The notes beneath the pieces are model-generated. The model did no database searches. It saw only the letters and a list, made by a program, of their open reading frames with translations, and was not told the origin of the DNA. Positions 28,792 to 42,148 of a DNA stretch of 64,000 bases are shown piece by piece. Source of the stretch: the human T2T-CHM13v2.0 reference genome, Homo sapiens; NCBI RefSeq assembly GCF_009914755.1, contig NC_060929.1; one strand, written 5' to 3'. Every line of letters starts with the position of its first letter. The stretch's first letter is position 1. The position numbers and the translations under genes were made by a program.

Positions 28792-28827
28792 ATGGCTCAG
28801 CCGGGAACTCTGAACCTCAATAACGAG
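28792..28827 (+). CDS. SRFBP1: SRFBP1 coding exon 1 (MAQPGTLNLNNE)
   Basis: ATG in strong Kozak context (ACCATGG) inside a CpG island; 36 nt, then donor GAG|GTGAGC; peptide recognised as the SRFBP1 N-terminus and joins exon 2 in frame. Confidence 0.93.
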
Positions 28828-30956
28828 GTGAGCGCCGAGGAACCTATGGGGCTGACTTTAAGGGTCCTCAAAACCAGCTCTTTTGAGACGCGTGGTCGGA
28901 GGCGGGCATAGAGGGTGCGGTTGGAGGAACTTTCGTGGTGGGCCCAGGCGGGTTTCCCGCAACTTGGAGTTTGGCAACCGGTAATTTCCCTTTTCGGTCT
29001 CCAGGTGACTAAAGTGAGAGACATGTGTCAGGCCCCACGAATTTATGTCTGTGGGACTTTGGGAAGAACCTTTAGCCTGTACGTTCAATATTCTCGTCTG
29101 TAAAGCGGAACTCAAGATAGTTCGTCCCAGGGTTGTGAGATTAACTGAGATACGTAAAGTATTTGCAAGTGCCTGACCCTTAATAAACTTTCAGTACACA
29201 TTACCTGCTCTTTATTGCCTGTCGAAAATGAAAGAGAGAAAGTAAGAGCTGTAGCTTCTAAGAAATTGGTGGTCTTGAATGAGACTGTATGCTCAGTACT
29301 TCGTTTCCTCTTCCAGTTAGTGTCCTATTTCTTTGCTTCCGTTTACAGCAGAACTTCAATAAAGAGCTGTTTATACTTGCTATCCTCAATTCTTTTTTCT
29401 GCTTTTTCAGTCCATTCTCATCAGACATTTGTTCTCACCACCGTCACTTCCATAGTGTGCGGTGTCGACAAAATACCATTTCTACCACTTATCCCCCTCT
29501 GGTTTCTGCTTCTATTCAACAAAATAATGTCATCCAAAGTCTTAAAGTAAGCTGGAAACATAAGGATCGAGTAAGGACCTCACAGTTAGATACAGAAAGG
29601 AAATTCTTTATCCCGTTTATGAGCAAGTCACTGTTTAGATTACACACAGTAGTGTAAGGGATATTTCATATTTTCTAGTAACCTATACTCAAGTAAGAGA
29701 GCTAAGCAACACTCACCTGTGTTACAGAACAATGTGTGAAGAATGCCTCCAAAACCTAGTAATGCAGAAAAGTTTCCAAAGGCGGCAAAATGAAATGGGT
29801 GATACTTGTCCTTGGTCTTTAGGGATCTTGCACAGGAATTGCAGTCAGTGATTCAGGAAAGGGGAAGAAGTCATTCCAGGCAGAGGGACTGGTATAAGCA
29901 GGAAAGGGCTAGTAGCAGAAGAACCCGTGGGTAATACAGGGATAAGTAACTCTTCACTGATGGGAACTTGTGAGATGAAGAAGGAAATAAAACTGAAATA
30001 TATTCTCTGCTGCCAGATTAACGAGTCAGGATTTCAGTTGACAGTGGAGTACAGGATATGCTGAAGAGGGAAGCTGAAAGTAGTTACTATTTACTCATAA
30101 ACATACATTAAGCTTGTGCTTTGTGCCAGAAAGCGTTTGGTGGGCTATTTTGCATTAGGTTACCTGTGATGTATGAAAGATCAGAGTAATGTCCCTGGGA
30201 TTTCAACCCCAGGGAGCTTCATATCAAATTTTGTAATGACTTTGATGATGGAAATGACAGGGGATGAGTCATTAAAGACTCTTTTCACACTTAGCTAACT
30301 TTTGTTCTTCTTCAAAACAGTTAAAATTTGACCTTTAGGAAACCTTCATTAACTCCTCTCGGTCTGGGTTAGGTGTCTGTTCTTTGTGCACCCAGATTGC
30401 TTTCTCCTCTGGAAACACTTATGTAACTGTTTCTGTCTTCCTGTGTTTATGTGTCTATCATGTGTAGCACATATGTTTACTAGGTGATTACATGAATTTG
30501 TGAAAGCAGGAACTACACACATCCACCACTGAAGTCTAGTGTGTTCTAATGTGAAGGAGATAAAAAGGACAGAAAAAAGTGGAGATGATGGAGGATATTA
30601 TAATTTAAAATTAGTGGGAAAAAAAACCCACAAAAGGAAAGAGAGATTTATCTACATAAAAATTGAATAACCTACCAAAGAAAAGAAATGACAACCAACT
30701 AGAAAAAAAAAATACAGCAGATATGACAAAGGGCTAATGCCCTTAATAGGAAATACCTCATAGAAATTAAAAGAAACCATCTCAGAAAATAGGCAGAAGA
30801 AATGAATTAACTTCTTCAAGGAGGAAATGTATCTGAAAAATAATTTGAATTCGCTTTCAATCTTTTCAATTCTTTTCCATCACCACTAGAATCCTAGTAC
30901 AGCTACTGTACTAGCTTCCCAACTACTTACATTGACTCTTCTCAAACTTTAATCTT

Positions 30957-32989
30957 TTTTTTTTATATGTATACTTTAAGTTCTGGGGTACATGTGCAGA
31001 ACGTGCAAGTTTGTTACATAGGTATACATGTGCCATGGTGGTTTACTGCACCCATTAACCTGTCGTCTACATTAGGTATTTCTCCTAATGCTATCCCTCC
31101 CCCTTTCCCCCCACCCGACAGGCCTTGGTGTGTGATGTTCCCTTCCCTGTGTCCATGTGTTCTCATTGTTCAACTCAAACTTATGAGTGAGAACATGCAG
31201 TGTTTGGTTTTCTGTTCTTGTGTTGCTTTGCAGAGAATGATGGTTTCCAGCATCATCCATGTCCCTGCAAAGGACATGAACTCATCATTTTTTATGGCTG
31301 CATAGTATTCCATGGTGTATATGTGCCGCATTTTCATTATCCAGTCTATCATTGATGGGCATTTGGGTTGGTTCAAAGTCTTTGCTGTTGTAAACAGTGC
31401 CACAATAAACATACATGTGCATGTGCCTTTGTAGTAGAATGATTTATAATCCTTAGGTATATAGCCAATAATGGGATTGCTGGGTCAAATGGTATTTCTA
31501 TTGCTAGATCCTTGAGGAATCACCACACTGTCTTCCACTATGGTTGAACTAATTTACACTCCCACCAACAGTGTAAAAGCATTCCTGTTTCTTCACATCC
31601 TCTCCAGCATCTGTTGTTTCCTGACTTTTTAATGATCGCCATTCTAACTGGCATGAGATGGTATCTCATTGTGGTTTGGATTTGCATATCTCTAATGACC
31701 ACTGGTGATGAGCATTTTTTCATATATTTGTTGGCTGCATAAATGACTTCTTTTGAGAAGTGTCTGTTCATGTCCTTCGCCCACTTTTTGATGGGGTTGT
31801 TTTTTTCTTGTAAATTTGTTTAAGTTCTTTGTAGATTTTGGATATTAACCCTTTGTCCGATGGATAGATTGCAAAAATTTTCTCCCATTCTGTAGGTTGC
31901 ATGTTCACTCTGATGATAGTTGCTTTTGCTGTGAAGAAGCTCTTTAGTTTAATTAGATCCCATTTGTCATTTTTGGCTTTTGTTGCCATTGCTTTTGGTG
32001 TTTTAGTCATGTAGTCTTTGTCCATGCCTCAGTCCTGAATGGTATTGCCTAGGTTTTCTTCTAGGGTTTTTATGGTTTTAGGTCTGACGTTTAAGTCTTT
32101 AATCCATCTTGAGTTAATTTTTGTATAAGGTGTAAGGAAGGGGTCCAGTTTCAGTTTTCTGCATATGGCTACCCAGTTTTCCCAACACCATCTATTAAAT
32201 AGGGAATCATTTCCCCATTGCTTGTTTTTGTCAGGTTTGTCAAAGATCAGATGTTTGTAGATGTGTGGTGTTGTTTCTGAGGCCTCTGTTCTGTTCCATT
32301 GGTCTATATATCTGTTTTGGTACCAGTACCATGCTGTTTTGGTTACTATAGCCTTGTATTATAGTTTGAAGTCAGGTAGCATGATGCCTCCAGCTTTGTC
32401 CCTTTTACTTAGGATTGTCTTGGCTATGCAGGCTCTTTTTTGATTCCATATGAACTTTAAAGTAGTTTTTTCCAATTCTGTGAAGAAAGTCAATGGTAGC
32501 TTGATGGGGATAGCTTTAAATCTATAAATTACTTTGGGCAGTATGGCTGTTTTCACGATATTGATTCTTCCTATCTATGAGCATGGAATGTTTTTCCATT
32601 TGTATGTGTCCTCTCTTATTTCCTTGAACAGTGGTTTGTAGTTCTTGAAGAGGTCCTTCACATCCCTGTAAGTTGTATTTCTAGGCATTTTATTCTCTTT
32701 GTGCAATTGTGAATCGGGAGTTCACTCATGATTTGGCTCTCTGTTTGTCTATTATTGGTGTATGGGAATGCTTGTGATTTTTGCACATTGATTTTGTATC
32801 CTGAGACTTTGCTGAAATTGCTTATCAGCTTAAGGAGATTTGGGGCTGAAACAATGGGGTTTTCTAGATATACAGTCATGTCTTCTGCAAATAGAGACAG
32901 TTTGACTTCCTCTCTTCCTATTTGAATACGCTTTATTTCTTTCTCTTGCCTGATTACCCCGGCCAGAACTTCCAATACTAAGTATGTTG
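30957..32989 (-). mobile_element. L1PA6/7-like 5'-truncated LINE-1, antisense in SRFBP1 intron 1
   Basis: Poly-T, L1PA 3'UTR, and frameshifted ORF2 pieces ([20 protein letters not shown]; [10 protein letters not shown]; NRCWRGC). Confidence 0.92.
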
Positions 32990-33514
32990 TAAAGAGATTA
33001 AGATTAAAGTTTGTTGTTATTCTTGCGAAGTAAAGTAAAAATTTATCTTTACTCTTCTAAAAAATAAACCATCACTTTTTACTCTATCCTGATGATTATT
33101 TATTGCATATTTTTGGTACTTTGAAGAGAGAATTTTTGATTGCTTTTATAGCAGCTTCCCTAACCTCCAGCACAGTACCTTGTCTACAGGTAATAAGAAG
33201 TAGGTATATAATGGGCAGATGAAAGCATGGATAGCATAACTGTCAACTAATGTTCAAATGAGAGGGAAAATCTCCTAAATGCTTTTTTTCCTCCCTTTCC
33301 ATTAGAACTAGAGGAGAAATGCACAATTGAAAACAACAGTGCCATAGCATTTAGTGCGTAAATAATTTGCAAAACTAGAGCTAGATTTTCTCAAGTCATC
33401 TGTTTTCTAAAATTTAGGCAGCAGTGATATGTAAAAATCAGATTTAGGAGGTGTAGCAATCTGATGGAGTGCTTTAATTTCATAGGAAGGCCAACGGCCT
33501 ATATGTACAACTGA

Positions 33515-33853
<339 letters not shown>

Positions 33854-34312
33854 TATTTTATTGTTTGATAGCAAATTACCATTAAGCCCATTAGAAAATT
33901 GCTTTTCATTTCATGTAAGACAGTAAAGGTAGAAACTAAAGTGCCAAAGAACAAAATGAGTTTCCTCCACATATTGTAAAACATAAGAATGTCAAGAACC
34001 ACGTTTGTATGCGCTTATGAAGTTACAAAACGCTTGTGTCGTGATTAGGTGCATAGTACTTTTTAATAATTTTTTTCTGAAATATTAAATTAGGGCATTT
34101 CCGTAAGAACCAATTTGTGTTTAGTTATTAAACTATTCTGGGAAGTTTTGCTAGGTGGCAGCATATGCCCAATAATGGTTAAATCGTAGATAATCACTAA
34201 GCACTCTAGGTATTTTAAAAAATTGTTGCTCATCAGAAATAAAAAGTAAAATCAACAATAAGTTATCATCCATATGATAAAATTAGGGTCCTCTTCATAC
34301 AAAAATAATTTT

Positions 34313-34618
34313 GGCCAGGTGCAGTGCCTCACTCTATAATCCCAGCACTTTGGGAGGCTGAGGCCGGCAGATCACTTGAGCTCACGAGTTTGAGACCAGC
34401 CTGGGCGACATGGTGAAACCCCGTCTCTACAAAAAATACAGAAAAATTAGCCAAACATGGTAGTACGTACCTGTAGTCCCAGCTACTTGGGAGGCTAAGG
34501 TGGGAAGATGGCTTGAGCCCGGGAGGGGGACGGAGGTTGTGATGAGTCGAGATCACACAACTACTCTCCTGCCTGGGCAATAGAGCCAGACCTTGTTTCG
34601 AACAAAGACAAGAAACCC
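34313..34618 (+). mobile_element. AluJ-type SINE
   Basis: Dimeric Alu with J-type GCTTGAGCCCGGGAGG and AGACCTTGT; TSD AATAATTTT. Confidence 0.88.
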
Positions 34619-34899
34619 AATAATTTTGTTAACTATGAATTACTTCAAACGTATGGAAAATAATGTAACAGATCTTCTTATAATCTACTTCCTATGTTTA
34701 GGAAATGTCAGTGTTTTGCTATATCTTAATATTTAATTCCACCCATCTTCTTTTCTACCTCAGAGGTAATTATTCCTCTTGGTGTGTGTTTTTCTCTTAT
34801 ATATTTTTCACAATTTTAGTAACATACGTATCTATACCCAGTGTATAGTATTGTGTTGTATACTTTTAAACTGCATATTGTTTTACAAATTATAAATTG

Positions 34900-34980
34900 T
34901 AGTAGTCTCCCTTTATCCATGGGGGTTATGTTCCAAGACCCCCAGTGTATGCTTAAAACCTCAGATAGTACCAAACTCTG

Positions 34981-35018
<38 letters not shown>

Positions 35019-35235
35019 TTCTGTACAGTAATGGGCAGGTAACGGATACAGCAGAAATACACTGGATGTATGATTTACATCCCATGTGGGATGGAGTAGT
35101 ACAGTGAGAGATTTCATTATGCTACTCAGAGTGGTGCACAATTTAAAATTTATGAGTTATTTATATTTGGAATTTTGGCTAACCGCAGGTAACTGAAACT
35201 GCTGACAACAAAATTGTTGGTGGGGGGGACTACTG
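34900..35235 (+). mobile_element. MER44-like (TcMar-Tigger) MITE containing a (TTA)n tract
   Basis: Terminal inverted repeats (T)AGTAGTCTCCC...GGGGGGACTACTG followed by TA; internal GTTCCAAGACCCCCAGTG. Confidence 0.8.
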
Positions 35236-37499
35236 TATTTTATTCACCAAATGTTACTTTTCAGGTTTTATCCATGTAATACCTACAGATCTTTTGCATT
35301 GATTTAAAATACTACATTGCTATATGCTTTATTTATATACGTTATTTTCTCTCTCATGCTACATTTTGTTAAAATGATGCAATGAATAATCTTGTGTGTA
35401 GCCTTTTCCTATTGTTGAGAATGTGTCTTCTGAATAGATTCCTAGAAGTAGGACTTTTGTTAAAGTACAGCATGGTTTCCCCCAAAGGAGTAAATCAGTT
35501 TGCATTTCTACCAGCAGTGTATTTGTCTGTTTCCTCCAACTTCATACAAAGAATTTGTTGTCGTAGTTTTTTTGTATTTACTAATCTGATAGGTAATTAA
35601 TGAATAAGCAGAAGTATTAGTATTCTTAGAAACACTTTCTTAACACTGCAAGTTCCCCTGGAACAATACTAGCTCCTAGAATAACTATTTTCTAATAACT
35701 ATAGATTTTTGTTACAGGCTAACTCAAAAACATGGTAAAGTTGGTGAATTTTCAGAGGCTAACTGGTTGGCCAACTATCACATAGCCAGCCAAAAGTCAA
35801 TTCAAGTAGCATTTAATTTTGTCTTTGGACCAAAGTCTCCTGTCTGCTTTGCATATCAGAAACTTGCCGTCATTGTCACCCCAGAAATAGAGCTCATTCT
35901 CTAAAAAGCAAATTCATGTTAAACCTAAATGTATAAGAGATTGTGTGAATGAGAAAGCTAGTTTATTAAAAAACGTGTCTAATATGCGTAATAAATGCTC
36001 ACATTGTAAAACACATTCTTTTCCTGTATACTGACCATCAGCTGCTTGGTATGTAGAAATACAGAAAGGGGTTTTAGTTGCATGATTCATGTTGAGCTGT
36101 GATGCATCTGTTCCCATAATTGAGTTATTCCAGAACAGATTAGATTTCTCAAGTCTCTGAGCTGGGGAACCCTTTCTTTGGAATTTCCTTGAGCTGGACA
36201 CTGCCAACTTTTGCCTCTCTGTGGTTTCCTTTCCTGTGTTTATGTTGACTCTTCTGAGTCATCTCACATGGTCTTTTCTCAAATAGCTATATTAGACTTC
36301 CACTTTATTTATAGTATTTTTATACTGTCTATGCAAGAGATGCCCTATGTTTAGATTTTGCCAGGTTAACTTTAAAGGCTTCTGTATGTCTAATTTCTAG
36401 GCGATACTTCACTGTCAGTACATATATATTCGCTGGGTATGTAAGTCTTAATTCTTTTTCTTCAGACCTTATAGATTGTCTTAAATGCATTCTCTTGCTG
36501 TTTGGAAGACCCTTGGCTTGGCTTAATCAGTCTTGTTGGTGATGGCCTCAGATTTTCCCTTCAATTTCTGTCTTCAGACCCCTTCCTTCTACTTGTCTTT
36601 CATTTTCTTTCTTCTGTGTCAGCATATTTTATTTACATTTCTATGCCTCTGTTTTCTCTGTGCTCACACTATTCCTCTGTTCTTTCCGTCCCAAACAATA
36701 ATCATACTGTTTTTACAATTCTAACAATGATAGTTCTTGCTTTTGGTTAGAGTTTTGCCAAAATGTACTGCCATTAAGCAGTGCACTTGGACTTCTGGCA
36801 GTATTGGTGTGTTAGGCCTGTTCATTGACTTCTGGGTTGTCAGCCAACTTTACAATTCCTGGGTGACAAATAAATTGGCAGCCTTTTAAATCCTAACTTA
36901 AAGGCTATATTTGTCATCAGTTTTGCAAAAATCTAAGTGCTTGGGGAAACCTAAGTCTTAAGTATATGAGGTATTCCTTTTGCTTTTAGAATTCCCTTAT
37001 CCATTCATGGCAAACATAGTATTTCTTAAATTGGAATTTTAAAATTGGAGACGAGCTTTGTTATGATTGGAATGTAACCAAGGACCAACTCTGCCCACTG
37101 CAGTTTATTAGTTTAGTTAACAGTGGTTAGCAAATGGTATATTATCATCTCATGCACCTGCAAAGTTCAGCAATTAGAAACATTTGTTAATATATTTTAA
37201 TGTGCAGTTCATCGCTTGCTATTAGTTTATTTTATGAATAACTTAACTTTAAAAAATGTATCATGACACTGTATAATTCTGTTTATGCAACGTGGCCGTT
37301 CTTTTTTTTTTTCCTTAAGCCTTGTCTGTGTGCCTTTTCATTTATGCAAAGTATGATTTTTTTTTCTAAATGGGTCTTTGAAACAAATTCCTAAGAGGTT
37401 AACTTATCTAGCAGGAAAGAAACCTGATTACTGTGCATTTTTAAAATATATTATGCATTTGAAACAGTGAATAGACAGTGTGTATTGCTACATTTCTGG

Positions 37500-40165
37500 T
37501 CATTTATTTAACCAATATTTATTGGACACATACTGTGTGCCATGCACTATGTTAGGTGTTAAGATGCAGTGTTGAATAAAACCAGATACTTGATCAACTT
37601 CACAGAATTTATAACCTACTGGGGAAAGACACATTAAAAATAATCAGATTAAAAGTAAAGTATTAAGTTACCAATTAAAGGTACTTGTGACCCTCTCAGG
37701 GAAGCCAGAAAAGACTTCACAGAAATGACAATTGGTCCAAAATCAGGATGAATAGATGTTAACAAGTTGACATGGGAAAAAAGAACATTCTGACCAGTGG
37801 AAATGGTAGGTGTAAAGGCTTTGTAGTAGACGTGAGCATGGTGAGGACAGGGGACTGAAAGGCCAATGTGATTCTTCTGAGAGCAATTGGACACCGTTAA
37901 AGAGAGTTACTTAAAGGTACGACATTGGATATATACTTTAAAAAATTTTATTGCGATGGCATTGTGGATAACTGATTGGAGAGAGGCAAGAAGAACAGGT
38001 GTGGAGAAACCGGTTAACAGTAACTCAGCCAAGATTGCAAAAAGGTCAAGATAGGGAAAAAAGTGGTACAATTTGAAAGATAATTAGGATTTAAGATTAA
38101 TAGGACTTGGAGATTCATTGTGAAGGATTAAGAGAGCTACCTCTAAAGACCTTTAGGTGTATAACTAAAAGGATTGTTCCATTCTCTGAAATATGAAACC
38201 CCCCCTCCCCACAAAAGAAGGGAAGGGTTTTATTGGAGGTGAAGAACATGAATTTAGGTGTGAATTTGAGGTGATTTTGAGCGCACTCAGAAAGAAATGT
38301 CAAGCAGGAAGTTGCACATTTGGGCTTGAAGCTAAAAGGAGTGATCTCAGCTGAAGGTAAAATGTTTGACTCCTCTTTGTTTAGGTGGCAAATTAAATAT
38401 GCACACATAAGATCTCTTAAGGCTAAACAATGTATTGTGAAAAGAAACACTGGCTTGGGACTGCCCCCTCAACTCTTAACATTTTATGACTGGGTAGAGG
38501 TGGATGAATTTTCAAAGAAGATCAAAATAGAGTGAGTAGAAAGGAAAGAAGAAAACTATCTTGGAAAACTAAGGGAAGAATGTTTGAAGAAAGAGAAAGT
38601 GGTCAAAAATGTCAAATTTCCATTGGATTTCAGGGGCTTTTTTGGAATTCATTGGTGTCCTTAGTGACATCTTTTAGTAGACTGATGAGGATGAAAATCA
38701 AACTGGATTTGTGTGGCATGCAGAAATAGAGATACTGAGTTTGGACGTCTCTTTCTAAAAGCTTAGTTCTCCACACAACTGAAGAGGGAGTGGTCCTAGT
38801 GAACCATGTAATGAGGATGTTTATTTAGTCTCTAATGAAAATGACTCAATCATGTTTAAAAATCAGTGGGAAACAAATGCATTAAAAGGAAGAGAATGAC
38901 AATGCTATGGTAAAGGGATAATCCATAGTAGAGGTTCTAGGAAGGCAGAAGAGAATGGGCTCTAAAAGACAGTTAAAAGATAAACTCAGATATGTGTAGT
39001 GGTATTTCTTATATTGTAACTTTATTCGTAAAGGAAGATGGGTCATGGAAGTACATTTGCATTCATGGTAGTAGAAAAATGATGGTTCCCAACTGATAAT
39101 TATTTTCTCCACACGATTGAAAGAGAGAAAGGAGGACGGAGACTAGAGGATTTAGGAGAGTAGGCAAAAGCTTAAAACAGGCATTGTAGAGTGAACTGAA
39201 CAGAAAAATACAGGATGGCTAGGAAGAATGGGGGTCCACTTGAGGTTAATTATGATGAATTTATGGTAGACAGAATGTTACAAGTATTTGCTGTTGGCAT
39301 ATGACAATGAAGAACTCAGAGTGTTTTTTTCATTCAGGACTACGGTTTCCTCACCAGAGGGGCAGGAGTTTAAGAAATTGGCAGATGTTATCATGTATCT
39401 AAACTGCATAAAAAGAGGAACATTAAGTGTAGGAGTCAGTGGATTGGTGGTCCTAATGAAGTCAAAGATGGTTGTGGTGGGTGGAGTTGAACAAGCAAGC
39501 TGATAGAGGTTGTGATCACAGTGTGGAATATTTGAATTAATGGTTTTAGAAATTGAATATTATGAGTGATGACAAGGTTGACAGTGTGGCCATGGAAGTG
39601 GATGGCTGAGATAGAATAGATTAGGTCTTTAGAAAATAAGTAAAGAAGTGAAGATATAATTATCAGATGGGCTATTCAAGTGGACATGCAAGTTACACAG
39701 AATGATGGCAGAACTTAGGGTGTAAAGAAATTGTAAGTTGGTTGCTAATATCTTCAGTGAATAAGGGAGTGAATGACATGAAGGGTAAGAGAAGATATTA
39801 ATTAAATGGAAGAGCCTTAAAGAAACAGGATGATGTTGATAATGTTATTTTGGCAAGAAGAATTTGAGGAATTTTTTGTGCCAGGCACTCTTGCAGGGCA
39901 AAGAAAACACTATATAAATATTACAAGACTCCTGTTTTCTAGGAGCTTGCTGTCTATAGAAAAAGACAGCCACATGAGCCATTAGTAACAGTGCAGTGAG
40001 GTAGATGCTTTAATGACAGAATCTGTATAGTGGGGACCCCAGGGATGGAGTGGTTATCCTTAACTGAAGAAGTCATTGAAGGTATCACTGGAATGACTAT
40101 ATCTGAACCTGAATTTTATATAGTTCCTAAAGTGAAGAAGGGGAAGAAGGACATTCCAGGAGTAA
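37500..40165 (-). mobile_element. Long run of L2 LINE fragments
   Basis: TATTTATTGGACACATACTGTGTGCCATGCACTATGTTAGG (antisense L2 3' end) followed by purine-rich L2 body. Confidence 0.65.
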
Positions 40166-40956
40166 TTTTTAAGATGTATGCCTCCTAACTGATAGATGAA
40201 ATATAAACTCCGTAATTACATGCCATTGCACTGAAAGCTGTTATAATGTGTATTTTTTTTATAACTATAATTTCCATTTTTTGGCCTATAGCTCTGCTTT
40301 TTGTTCTTAGAGTTAAACATTGTTCTCCAGTAGGGTGATTTAAATTATGTATTTGTATGTGTGTGCATGTGTGTGTGGGGGGGGGGCATTTATGTTTACA
40401 TGCACATATGCTTGCACACAATGCCCTTGTGTTTGTGGATCTTCTTTTAAAATTATACTTGAAATAATTTGTTACTAAAAATAATGAAAGATTTGTTTTA
40501 TAAATATGTAAAATAAATTGCTAATTAAAAGCTAATTTGCTAATTAAAATAGTCATTCAACAAATTAAATTCCTACCATTATGAGTGAGGCTTTGTTTTA
40601 ACGGTGGGAATACAAAGATGAATATGACAGGCTGTGATTTCAGGGAACTCACTGTTTATTATATTCCAAGCCCAGCAAGATATAAGTGTAACATTAAAAT
40701 ACTTATCTCGGGTAATACTGTGACTTTTTAAAAAATTATAACTTGTTTTTCTTAAGCTCTCAGACACATTTTTAGACTGTTGATTTATTCCTTCACTATT
40801 TATGGAAGAGGTTTGATTTCATCAAGCTACGAATATAGTTAGACAATAAAAGTAGTTAAAGTGGTAGACTAAGTCTCAAATATTAAGACTCAAAATAAAG
40901 TGTGTTTGTTCCTGAAGTAAGTGCCTTTCTTCTAATTATTGCTTTATTCTTCAAAG

Positions 40957-41045
40957 GTTGTGAAGATGAGAAAAGAAGTGAAGAGAATTCGAGTTTTAGT
41001 TATCCGAAAACTTGTCAGGAGTGTTGGCCGACTGAAGTCAAAAAA
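40957..41045 (+). CDS. SRFBP1: SRFBP1 coding exon 2 ([29 protein letters not shown], split K codon)
   Basis: Pyrimidine tract and acceptor TTCAAAG|GTT; donor AA|GTTAGT; 89 nt, phase 0 to phase 2; open and Lys/Arg-rich. Confidence 0.93.
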
Positions 41046-42075
41046 GTTAGTCATTTAAAGTAATGATCTTGTGACTAATAAAATGTCAAAAGTTGTTTTT
41101 ATTTGATACTTTAAAATGTTTAGGGTGGGATATAGAGAAGTAATTAAATGTCTTATACACCATTTTTGTTTTGTATGCGGAGATGATGTGAGTGAGATAG
41201 AATGTGCTGTGTCAGCATGCCCTTCTATGGTTTGGACCATCATTGCTCAAGATACAGGATGAATTTTTTTGCTGCTTTTGCAAAACTCTCTTTTGGTCTT
41301 TTTAGAATGAAATTCCCTTGGGCTTGTGTGTTTTGTGTTATCAGAAGTTATTTTAAGATACTGATACAGCTTAACAAATCTAGTAATACCTTAAGAATCA
41401 GTTTTGAAGATTTTATATCACATTTTTTCTTGAATTGCTAAGTAATTTGAAATCTTCAGTACCTTATGAAAGTGTTTATTAGAACATTGTGTTCCATGTA
41501 ATTTTTTGGAAAAATACAATATTTTGTATTTTCAGTATCACTAGTGTTAGTGAAAAAGTATTTTATTTATAGTTCTTTTTATGATGTAAGCATGAATACT
41601 TAGTCTTCAAGTATGTTTTGTTCCTGATTAATTTCCTATTCTTTCATAAATATGTCAGAATATAGCCCTTCTTTATTTTTTCCTTAAATGCCAGAGAGCA
41701 AATTTTCATTTGATAAAATTATAGTCAAACTCTAATTGTAAATTATGACATTTATATTACATTAAATACAATGTACGATTGATTGATTTAAAAAAGTGTT
41801 ATTAAGGAACTAGAGAAGGCAAACTATCAAAAGTAATAGTCATTAATACAATGGCAAGACAGTACTTATTTTTGCCATTTTCCAACATATGGGTTTGGTT
41901 AGTAAATTGAGGTGTGTTTTGGGAGTGGGGGAAATGGACAGTGTAGGATAGTGGCGTGTTTGTTATTTAGAGATTTATTACGCTTTTCTAAAAAGAAATG
42001 AAGTGATTATCCATTACACTATAAGTCTAAAATTAATGCTTTGCCTGGCTACATATCGTAATGTATTTTTTGCAG

Positions 42076-42148
42076 GGGTACTGAAGATGCACTGTTAAAA
42101 AACCAAAGACGGGCGCAAAGATTGCTTGAAGAAATCCATGCCATGAAG
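42076..42148 (+). CDS. SRFBP1: SRFBP1 coding exon 3 (K-GTEDALLKNQRRAQRLLEEIHAMK)
   Basis: Acceptor TTTTTTGCAG|G completes AAG with the AA from exon 2; donor AAG|GTAAGG; 73 nt restores phase 0. Confidence 0.93.

Larger units (their letters stand above)
28370..28990 (+). promoter_or_regulatory. CpG-island, apparently TATA-less promoter and 5'UTR of SRFBP1, with E-box CACGTG (28753-28758) and ETS-like TTCCGG (28619-28624)
   Basis: Sharp local rise in GC and CpG around exon 1; motifs read directly. Exact TSS cannot be determined from sequence. Confidence 0.8.
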
